IMG/VR virus record: IMGVR_UViG_3300016471_000541 | Span: 1-26,870 of that record | DNA length: 26,870 bases | Origin: a virus | Lineage: Duplodnaviria > Caudoviricetes | Strand: one strand, 5' to 3' | Part shown: positions 18,606-25,919 of the stretch, one piece after another | Numbering within the stretch: position 1 is the stretch's first letter | Layout: every line of letters starts with the position of its first letter | Program-made: the position numbers and the translations under genes | The notes under the pieces: generated by a model | What the model was told of the DNA's origin: nothing | Database searches by the model: none | What the model saw: only the letters and a program-made list of their open reading frames with translations

Positions 18606-18849
18606 TTTTGTCCTCCACTATCTTTTTTAATTCTTCTTCATATTGCTCAAAAAGTGAAATTGATATCTGCTGAAAAGCACCATAATTACACTTACATTCC
18701 GGAATAAAAACTTCATGCCCCCTTATCAATTCTTGAGCTAATTTGTGCATTGCAAGGCGTTTATAATCTAAATAAGAGTGTGTCATTTCCTTTTTATAAA
18801 AGTTTAGGAGCCAGCCTGCGTCTGCTTTGGTGATATTAGTGTTTAACAT
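18598..18849 (-). CDS. Hypothetical protein
   Basis: 83-aa ORF with CKC motif, overlapping the next start. Confidence 0.65.
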   Translation of the reverse strand: MLNTNITKADAGWLLNFYKKEMTHSYLDYKRLAMHKLAQELIRGHEVFIPECKCNYGAFQQISISLFEQYEEELKKIVEDKNA

Positions 18850-18873
18850 GTTTTCCTCATTTACAACATTTTT

Positions 18874-19617
18874 TTAAGAATTATTTATTACTTTTTTTTG
18901 CCAATATAGTTTAACTCTTGCACTAATTTTAGCACAATGTTCTGCTGAGCGAGGTGATTTAGGTTTACCCTTAGATGCTTCACTAATTTTAGCTTTGGTT
19001 TCAGCTGAAAGTGTTCTACCTAAATTACTTTTTTCTTTTGATATAATACTAATTTTAGCCTTAGTTTCAGCTGAATGAGTTCTACCCTTAGATGCTTCAC
19101 CAATTTTAGCTTTGGTTTCTGCTGACATTATTTTACCTTTATTTGCTGCACTCATTTTTGCACGAGCTTCTACTGACATTATTTTACCCTTAGCTGCTTC
19201 ACTCATTTTAGCACGATGTTCTGCTGAAAAAGGTGGTTTAGGTTTACCTTTTTGTATAGCACTAAGTTTGGCACGAGTTTCTGCTGAATGGGTTTTACCC
19301 TTAGCTGCTTCACTCATTTTTTGTTTAGTTTCAGCTGATGGATTAAGTATGCCATCACCACCATCGGTTAAATTACATAGTAAGCCACCAAACTCTTTTC
19401 TTCCATACAAAGCAATAAACTCCCGCTCCTTTTCACAAGCTTCTTCCCAAGTCAGGTCATCAAGCATTATTTGGACTTTGTATCCGTGCTTATTAACAAT
19501 AGACTTCCAATGCTTGTTTCTACTATGAATGCTATAAGCACGTTTTTCTGTTTTACCTATTCCTATATAAAAGGGTTCGTTTTTGTCAAGCCTGATATGT
19601 CTGTATAATACTGCCAT
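18874..19617 (-). CDS. GIY-YIG-like homing endonuclease with ~8 NUMOD3 repeats
   Basis: Paralogue of 16017..16688 with the same N-terminus and a longer repeat array. Confidence 0.85.
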   Translation of the reverse strand: MAVLYRHIRLDKNEPFYIGIGKTEKRAYSIHSRNKHWKSIVNKHGYKVQIMLDDLTWEEACEKEREFIALYGRKEFGGLLCNLTDGGDGILNPSAETKQKMSEAAKGKTHSAETRAKLSAIQKGKPKPPFSAEHRAKMSEAAKGKIMSVEARAKMSAANKGKIMSAETKAKIGEASKGRTHSAETKAKISIISKEKSNLGRTLSAETKAKISEASKGKPKSPRSAEHCAKISARVKLYWQKKVINNS

Positions 19618-19634
19618 AAGTTTTTCTTCTTTTA

Positions 19635-19642
19635 TATAAATA
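19635..19642 (-). promoter_or_regulatory. TATTTATA promoter-like motif (HEG-terminase operon)
   Basis: AAAAATTAGATATTTATAT, identical in this stretch to the copy at 20065. Confidence 0.65.
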
Positions 19643-19671
19643 TCTAATTTTTTATTAAAAACCCTTATTTT

Positions 19672-19944
19672 TTAGTATTTTTTTGTTTTTTTATTCACTA
19701 AATATTTTATTCCCACAACTTTTATTAGTGCCCCTTCCAAGCACAATGCTGCTTGCTCAGACAATCCATATGCAAAGACTTCAATGTCATAATGTCCACT
19801 ATTTTGCTGAACTATATTATACCATTCTTTTGTTCTTCCATGCTTTACTATTGCTCTATTATCACATCCTTTTCCTATATAGAAAATTGTATTATTAATT
19901 AGATGAGCATATACATAGTATTTAAAAAAATATTCATTGTTCAT
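19672..19944 (-). CDS. Stand-alone GIY-YIG-like nuclease domain
   Basis: YYVYAH..FYIGKG..RA..GR..W..EQAALCLEGALI..LVN. No C-terminal DNA-binding module. ATG at 19944 preferred over the TTG at 19956. Confidence 0.75.
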   Translation of the reverse strand: MNNEYFFKYYVYAHLINNTIFYIGKGCDNRAIVKHGRTKEWYNIVQQNSGHYDIEVFAYGLSEQAALCLEGALIKVVGIKYLVNKKTKKY

Positions 19945-19982
19945 TTCCAGCTCCAAGTTATTAATAATGAAGCTTGTATTTA

Positions 19983-20580
19983 CCCTCTCTAAGCGTAGAG
20001 AGGGGTTTTCGCATTCCCTAAAGGGAAATGCTCAAACTTCCAAACGTAACTTGTTAAATACTGATATAAATATCTAATTTTTCAGGAAACTTAAAGTTTA
20101 TAGTGTCGTTGGGGGGTTCGTTTTTCACGAACACCACAACATTCTCCGCCAGGAGAATTATTTAATGCTCAACAACCTTATTACTTAAATAAGTTTAATT
20201 ATTATTATTAAGCATAAATAAGCCGTATAGCGAAATTGAAAAAAAAATAAATTGTGATTTAGTAAAGCAGTCCTGTCGGATAACCCATATTGTTACATAT
20301 TCCTAAACAGGCTACGTCTATATTACGCCCTGTTCCTATTGTGTTTTTTACTTATATAAGAATGCGGTTGGGAAATTTCACCCCGGAGTGGTTACCGTAT
20401 TCATTCTTAATTTCATAAAAAGACAAGGCCCCATTTCGCATATTAACAAAATGGTTCTGCACCCTAACTATCTGTTCTACGGCTAAGCAGAGGCCTGTTG
20501 CTCTTTTGCATGCACGTTGCGTTCCCCTGCTGAATTGTGAGCTTTTCGCTCCCGCATAATAGTTACTATTGTTTTTCATT
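19983..20580. ncRNA. Candidate structured RNA or replication origin (hairpin cluster)
   Basis: At least eight inverted repeats in the largest region lacking convincing genes, with promoter motifs at 20585 and 20065. No known family recognised. Confidence 0.35.
20065..20072 (-). promoter_or_regulatory. TATTTATA promoter-like motif
   Basis: GTTT-N14-TATTTATA upstream of two hairpins and the stand-alone nuclease. Confidence 0.6.
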
Positions 20581-20584
20581 CTTA

Positions 20585-20592
20585 TATAAATA
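20585..20592 (-). promoter_or_regulatory. TATTTATA promoter-like motif driving the structured region
   Basis: ATATCGTTTTTTAAA-N9-TATTTATA. Confidence 0.6.
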
Positions 20593-20725
20593 TACCCGAA
20601 ATTTAAAAAACGATATTAAAAAAGGATTAAAAAAATAACTTAGTGTGACAAGAGATGTCACTGTGACTTAGGTAATTTTTGCTTTTTATTGCGGTTGCTT
20701 AATCTTTTGCAAATTTTATTCCATT

Positions 20726-20836
20726 TTATTTTTCAGCATAATGCTTTTCAACAAGGTGTTTAACCCATTTTGGAATCCATCCAATTACGATTACCCAAAA
20801 GGTTATTATAAACACTATTATTTCTTTTTCAGTCAT
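20726..20836 (-). CDS. Small membrane protein (36 aa, below track cut-off)
   Basis: MTEKEIIVFIITFWVIVIGWIPKWVKHLVEKHYAEK starts 2 nt after the sigma gene stop and has one hydrophobic segment. Confidence 0.55.
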   Translation of the reverse strand: MTEKEIIVFIITFWVIVIGWIPKWVKHLVEKHYAEK

Positions 20837-20838
20837 TT

Positions 20839-21360
20839 TTATTCCTCCATACAGTTTTTACAGGTTTCTTTAATTCTATCATAGATTTTTTGAAACTCTT
20901 GCGGCAAAGTACCTTTTGGTAAGCCGTAAGTTTTTGTTATTTTCCGTAAACTCATTCCATCAAAAAAATGTAACTGTATTAAACGAGCTTCATACCACCC
21001 TAATTTTTTTATTTCTCTATCAATGCATTTAATCATTATTTCTTTTGGTTCTTCTTCTTCAATAGATGGATTACCCAAAATAGGTACATTTCTTGTATAA
21101 TATGCACGATATTTTCTAAAAAATGGTGATGAACCTGATTTAATTTGCATTGATGCTACCCTGAATAAGAAGTTTTGTATTTTATCATCCCTCAACATCT
21201 GCTCTTGCATAACAATGTCTTTATTTAGGAAAGTTTCTATGCATATTTGTAATAAATCATCAGCATAACCTGACATTTGACCATTAGCAATATTTTGTTT
21301 AAAGTTCTTGCGTAAATTTTGATAATTGGCTTCAAACCAGTCATTTATTTCGTCTTTCAT
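20839..21360 (-). CDS. Sigma-70/ECF-like phage transcription factor
   Basis: Region 2-like ADDLLQICIETFL..NFLFR and region 4 HTH LGWYEARLIQLHFFDGMSLRKITKTYGLPKGTL. Confidence 0.75.
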   Translation of the reverse strand: MKDEINDWFEANYQNLRKNFKQNIANGQMSGYADDLLQICIETFLNKDIVMQEQMLRDDKIQNFLFRVASMQIKSGSSPFFRKYRAYYTRNVPILGNPSIEEEEPKEIMIKCIDREIKKLGWYEARLIQLHFFDGMSLRKITKTYGLPKGTLPQEFQKIYDRIKETCKNCMEE

Positions 21361-21364
21361 CTTA

Positions 21365-21452
21365 TATAAATATTAAAAAATAAAAAAAACATTAAAAAAA
21401 TAACGAAAAAATACAAAAATTCATATCGTTTTTTAAAAAACTAACTATTTAT
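21365..21452. promoter_or_regulatory. Divergent promoter pair (GTTT-N14-TATTTAT on each strand)
   Basis: Minus TATTTATA at 21365-21372 lies before the sigma gene. Plus ATATCGTTTTTTAAA..TATTTAT at 21423-21452 lies before the plus-strand cassette. Confidence 0.6.
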
Positions 21453-21510
21453 TATTAAACCAACACAGTTATGTTAAACTTAATTAAAACAACCATTATG
21501 AAAGGAAACA

Positions 21511-22047
21511 ATGTTAAAACTGTGCAAAAAATGCGAAAATTATCACCCAATAACCAACTTTTCTAAAAAAACTAAAAATAAAGATGGGCTGCAAGATTAT
21601 TGTAAATCATGCAATAAAATTGACAATCATAAATTTAGAATATTAAAGCCTGATTATAAACAAGAATGGGATACTAAAAACCCTGGTGTTCAATCAAAGA
21701 TTTTTAGAAATTGGTGCAAAAATAACGCAGAAAAATTAAAAGAAATACAACAAAGACATATTAATAGCTGGGGAGCAGGGGTTTATGAAATAAAAAATAT
21801 CGTAACGGGAGAAAGATACATAGGTGCTTCTAAAAAATTAAGAATACGATATACTGAACATTTTACTGGTAATGAAAAAATATCCAACAAAAATTTACAG
21901 GCTTCTATCAAACATTACGGAAAAAACTTATTCCAATTTAAAATATTAGAAAAGGTTGCTGATACGAATTTATTACTTAAAAGAGAGAGATATTGGATTG
22001 GGAAAGAAAAGCCGGAATATAACATATACCTGTATCATCAACAATAA
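21511..22047 (+). CDS. Zn-finger + GIY-YIG endonuclease
   Basis: N-terminal CKKC..CKSC. GVYEIKN..YIGAS..RYTEH..FKILE..RERYWI..PEYN. Confidence 0.85.
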   Translation: MLKLCKKCENYHPITNFSKKTKNKDGLQDYCKSCNKIDNHKFRILKPDYKQEWDTKNPGVQSKIFRNWCKNNAEKLKEIQQRHINSWGAGVYEIKNIVTGERYIGASKKLRIRYTEHFTGNEKISNKNLQASIKHYGKNLFQFKILEKVADTNLLLKRERYWIGKEKPEYNIYLYHQQ

Positions 22048-22064
22048 AAAAAAGGGGAAATAAA

Positions 22065-23204
22065 ATGAATAACTTTTGGGAACAAATTGATTATAATAAA
22101 GCACGAAAAGTATTAGTAATACCAAATATAACTAATTCTAGAAATATCGAAAAAGATTCTTTTGTAGATGTAATTTATAACCACATTAAAGCATTAGAAA
22201 AATATGGCAATTACTATTGGCATATATTAATTCCTACAGGAAATATTACAAAAAAACTAAACTTACCAAATGTAAAGCAGTATCAAATTGATATTCCAGG
22301 TGATATGCTTAATCAAAGAGCATTTCCATCTCCCAAGCTTATTGATTTATTGCGAGATATTGATTATGATATAATTTACTCACATTTACCAGATTGGCCA
22401 CAAGTTCATCGTTATCGTAAAACAGCAGATACTAAAATAATTGGTTACTGTCATTGGTGGGAAATGAAATTATGTAATGGACCTGATAATAGACCAGGTA
22501 AGCCTAAATCATTATGGTTTCAAATGCAGATATTAGGAGCATCTAAAATGGAAGTCCTATATGTAAATACACATGAACAAAAAAGAAGAGTATTAGAAGA
22601 AGCAAGTGAAACATTTAATACTGCTTTTATTTCTAAATTAGATAATATAATTAAAGTATGGCATTTAGGTGTACCTGAAGAAAAGATATTAAATAAAGCG
22701 AATACTGAAAAAGAAAATATAATTGTATTTAATCACAGGCCTGCCGGATATAAAGGTTATCCAAAGTTTATGGAAATGATGGAAGAATATTATAAAAGAA
22801 GGCAAGATTTTGTAGTATGGGTTACTCAGTTAGATGGAGAAGTTCCGCATAAATGGATTAAAATAATTAAACCTTTAAGTAAAGAAACTTATTATCAAGA
22901 ATTACAAAAATGTAAGGTTGGTATTCAAATGAAGCAGACACATTATGGTTGGAGTATTGCTGCAACCGATTGTATGATGAATGGAACACCGGTTATTTTT
23001 CAAGAATCACCAAATTATTATGAGTTACATCCCCATGCACCTTTCTTCAAAAATAAAAATGAATTCTTCCATTTGCTTGATAAAATGTTAGATGATAATT
23101 CATTTAGACGTGCAGAAGAATCAAAAGCACTTATTCGTTCTAAAGAATTATTTGCTGAAGAAGATATTATGATTAAAGAATTACACCAAAGATTGGGTGG
23201 ATAA
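22065..23204 (+). CDS. GT-B fold (GT4-like) glycosyltransferase
   Basis: 379 aa. DYDIIYSHLPD, IVFNHR..KG, YGWSIAATDCMMNGTPVIF corresponding to the GT4 nucleotide-sugar-binding motif. Confidence 0.8.
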   Translation: MNNFWEQIDYNKARKVLVIPNITNSRNIEKDSFVDVIYNHIKALEKYGNYYWHILIPTGNITKKLNLPNVKQYQIDIPGDMLNQRAFPSPKLIDLLRDIDYDIIYSHLPDWPQVHRYRKTADTKIIGYCHWWEMKLCNGPDNRPGKPKSLWFQMQILGASKMEVLYVNTHEQKRRVLEEASETFNTAFISKLDNIIKVWHLGVPEEKILNKANTEKENIIVFNHRPAGYKGYPKFMEMMEEYYKRRQDFVVWVTQLDGEVPHKWIKIIKPLSKETYYQELQKCKVGIQMKQTHYGWSIAATDCMMNGTPVIFQESPNYYELHPHAPFFKNKNEFFHLLDKMLDDNSFRRAEESKALIRSKELFAEEDIMIKELHQRLGG

Positions 23205-23205
23205 T

Positions 23206-23607
23206 TTAACTTTTATGTTTATCTATCTTTTCTAATATTTGTTGTAGTAATCCAGCCTTTATATACCCTGCTCTTGAGGCATTTTTAAGGGCGCTAATCA
23301 ACTGAAATATAACGAATGGTAATATAATAGTTTCGCTTAAAAAGAACACTTTAAAAGCCCTCTCTGTGATTAATACGGTGGCAAGTATAACACACCAAAC
23401 TGCTGTATTTCTTATTACATTGAGGGCTTTATTTGTTTTAAATCCTTCCCTCTTACTACCGGCAATTATACCAAATACTCCATCTAAAAACATTACTGCA
23501 ATAATAGATAAGAATTGCTCAGCATTATCCATAACTAATATTTGTAAGTAAGAGCATATAAATGCTATTAGTCCTGCAATTCCAGTTGCTGTTATTTCAG
23601 TTTTCAT
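23206..23607 (-). CDS. Holin (phage holin 4-like)
   Basis: 133 aa with 3-4 hydrophobic helices. FLDGVFGIIAG..FKT..QLISALKNASRAG and a basic C-terminus. Confidence 0.75.
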   Translation of the reverse strand: MKTEITATGIAGLIAFICSYLQILVMDNAEQFLSIIAVMFLDGVFGIIAGSKREGFKTNKALNVIRNTAVWCVILATVLITERAFKVFFLSETIILPFVIFQLISALKNASRAGYIKAGLLQQILEKIDKHKS

Positions 23608-23610
23608 ATG

Positions 23611-23808
23611 TTATTCTTCTTCGGTTGTCAGTAATTGATATATAACATCATTTATGATATTTTCATCTGTTGTTTCTAATTTATCTATTAGTATGCTATA
23701 TAATTCATGATAGTTTGATTCACCCTTCACATACATTATATCATTTGCTTCTACAAATAGTTTAAGCATTCCAACTAATTGTCCAATTTGATTATCTAAC
23801 TCATCCAT
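23611..23808 (-). CDS. Hypothetical acidic protein
   Basis: 65-aa ORF packed between fibre and holin. Confidence 0.6.
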   Translation of the reverse strand: MDELDNQIGQLVGMLKLFVEANDIMYVKGESNYHELYSILIDKLETTDENIINDVIYQLLTTEEE

Positions 23809-23821
23809 AATATTCTTTCAT

Positions 23822-25912
23822 TTAATATAAAGCGTTCCAAGTTGTTCCATCCCAAAAGAAGGGCTTAGGAGGTATAGAAGAAGATACCATAAAAGAACCT
23901 GTAGGGATATTTGTTGTAGGTAAAGGATGATGTGGTGTAATAGCAAGTATAGGAGCTAAACCTAAGGAAGAAGAAATATGAATTGAAGCAGAAGGCGTTG
24001 TAATACCAACCCCAATACTTCCAGTAATATTAACTACGCTACGTTGTACCCCACCAAATTCCCAAGTTTGTAATAGTTTACTTCCTGTTCCTGCTGTTGT
24101 AGCGTGGGTAGCATTTACTCTTAATACAGTATAACCACTCCCACCAGTAGAACTTTGGTTAGCATTAAAGGTTACAGACATCGGGTTTTGTATAGCGGTT
24201 GCTGATGTGCCACCCATTGTGACATTAAACAGCTCACTATTGCCTGTACTATCTCTATTAACTGAGGATACGCTACCAAATCTCCATTCACTACCATTAG
24301 CTGCAAATCTTACTGAGCCACCAAATGCTGTTCCTGTTCCTTGAACATCTAAATCAAATCCTGATGTTGGTGCCACTCCAGTTCCAGCAAAAAATACTGC
24401 GCTACCGCTTCTAATATTTAATATGTTTTGTGAGCCGCTTGTTACTCTAAGAAAATCATTACCATCTGAACCTGATACATGAAGGCGAGCTAAAGGGTTT
24501 GTTGTTCCTAATCCTAAACTACCACTACCAGTCAATCTTAATTTTTCGGTTAAACTATTAGAAGCACCAGCAGCAATAGGACCGAAAGTAGAAATAGTTA
24601 TAGGATATCCTTGCCCACTAACCAATCCTAAATCAGTTATTCTACTATTACCACTCCCCCAATCAATATATCGTGTACCATCTAATGCTATATTACCACC
24701 TGCTACATGTAATAATTCTCTTGGTGTTGTAGTTCCAACACCTACTCTACCACTACCACTTATAGACATTATAGTACTACTACCAGTAATAAAATCTAAT
24801 CTTGTTTGTCCAGTAGCACCTGTATTTTGTAGGGCGATTGTACCATTATCACTTGAGTTATTTAATCTTACTTGCTTTCCAGTTAAAAATACAGTTGCAC
24901 CCGTTCCATTGGGACTTATATTTAAATTTGCATTAGTACTTGTAGTTAATCCGGCAACACCATTTTGTTGAGATATAATTAGAGAATTACCATTTCCAGC
25001 GTATCTAAATTCTGCTATATTTTGGGTGAATGGAGAAACACCTGCTCCTTGAACAAATAATGCTGCCTCATCTGATGTTATTCTTGTTTGCCTATCATCC
25101 AACACCACCAAACTTGCGCTTGCATTGCTGTTTTCTACTCTAAGTGCTGTTGTTGCGGATGTTGCTCCACTACCTCTAATTTCTAATCTCGCGGAAGGGT
25201 TTATTTTGTTTATACCAACATTACCATTACCTAAAAAGGTCATTTCTTTTACACTATCTGTCTCATTATTAATAGTCAATCCACCATCTAAATGTCGTAT
25301 TGAATAAGTATCTTGCCCTGCTCTATTTAATAGATAACCATAACCAGAGGCACCACTACCACTAACTTGTATAAAACCATCTCTAACATCTAAACGTTGG
25401 GTTGGGGATGTTGTTCCAATACCTACATTACTTGTTGGGGTTATTTTAACATTATTTGTAAATGTAGAGCCATTCCAACTTCTTAATAGCATACCACCAT
25501 CGGTACTATCACGATGTATGTTGGGGAATGTGGCCCCATTAGCATTTATACTAACACCAGTACTCCCATTAACAACTAAATTATGGACAGGTGTTGCAGT
25601 TCCAATACCTACATTACCACTGCTACTAATATGAACTCTTACTGAACCACTTGTTTCTAATTGTAAATCTTGAGTATCGTTAGTGCCTAAAAGTGCCGTA
25701 GCCCCAAATGAGTTGCCACCTTGTAAAAAAGCCCCACTTAGGAAAGATGCGGTTTGAGCATTAACCGCATTTGAAGCACTTTGGGCCCAACTTGCGGTTA
25801 CTGATATATTGGATATACTTGTCCCATCACCCTTTGCCAAAGCATTGGATGCGGTTATTTGTACCAGGTCTTGGTAACTATTTTTTATGAATTGTGGTCC
25901 TAAGTTCGCCAT
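23822..25912 (-). CDS. Tail fibre/spike-like protein with GNVGIGTTxP repeats
   Basis: 696 aa, G/S/T/N-rich. About six G(N/R/S)(V/L/I)G(I/V/L)(G/N)xxxP..L(H/D/E)V repeats. No C-terminal S74 chaperone recognised. Confidence 0.75.
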   Translation of the reverse strand: MANLGPQFIKNSYQDLVQITASNALAKGDGTSISNISVTASWAQSASNAVNAQTASFLSGAFLQGGNSFGATALLGTNDTQDLQLETSGSVRVHISSSGNVGIGTATPVHNLVVNGSTGVSINANGATFPNIHRDSTDGGMLLRSWNGSTFTNNVKITPTSNVGIGTTSPTQRLDVRDGFIQVSGSGASGYGYLLNRAGQDTYSIRHLDGGLTINNETDSVKEMTFLGNGNVGINKINPSARLEIRGSGATSATTALRVENSNASASLVVLDDRQTRITSDEAALFVQGAGVSPFTQNIAEFRYAGNGNSLIISQQNGVAGLTTSTNANLNISPNGTGATVFLTGKQVRLNNSSDNGTIALQNTGATGQTRLDFITGSSTIMSISGSGRVGVGTTTPRELLHVAGGNIALDGTRYIDWGSGNSRITDLGLVSGQGYPITISTFGPIAAGASNSLTEKLRLTGSGSLGLGTTNPLARLHVSGSDGNDFLRVTSGSQNILNIRSGSAVFFAGTGVAPTSGFDLDVQGTGTAFGGSVRFAANGSEWRFGSVSSVNRDSTGNSELFNVTMGGTSATAIQNPMSVTFNANQSSTGGSGYTVLRVNATHATTAGTGSKLLQTWEFGGVQRSVVNITGSIGVGITTPSASIHISSSLGLAPILAITPHHPLPTTNIPTGSFMVSSSIPPKPFFWDGTTWNALY

Positions 25913-25919
25913 ATATCAA

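Noticed and set aside
4320-19617. Group I introns or inteins hosting the endonucleases
   Set aside because: The HEGs are free-standing between intact genes. TerL, protease and capsid are uninterrupted and no intron core was recognised.
1649-19898. Plus-strand ORFs such as 1945..2298, 3309..3737, 13511..13966, 16135..16557 and 19112..19528
   Set aside because: They lie antisense to well-supported minus-strand genes and have no recognisable motifs.
20352-20579. 75-aa ORF as a confident CDS
   Set aside because: It has a promoter-proximal ATG, but no recognisable motif and it overlaps strong stem-loops. Left unresolved rather than annotated.
21452-21479. TTATGTTAAA resembling the XerD arm of a dif site
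   Set aside because: No XerC-like arm ending in ATAA at the 6-bp spacing. Likely chance in AT-rich DNA.
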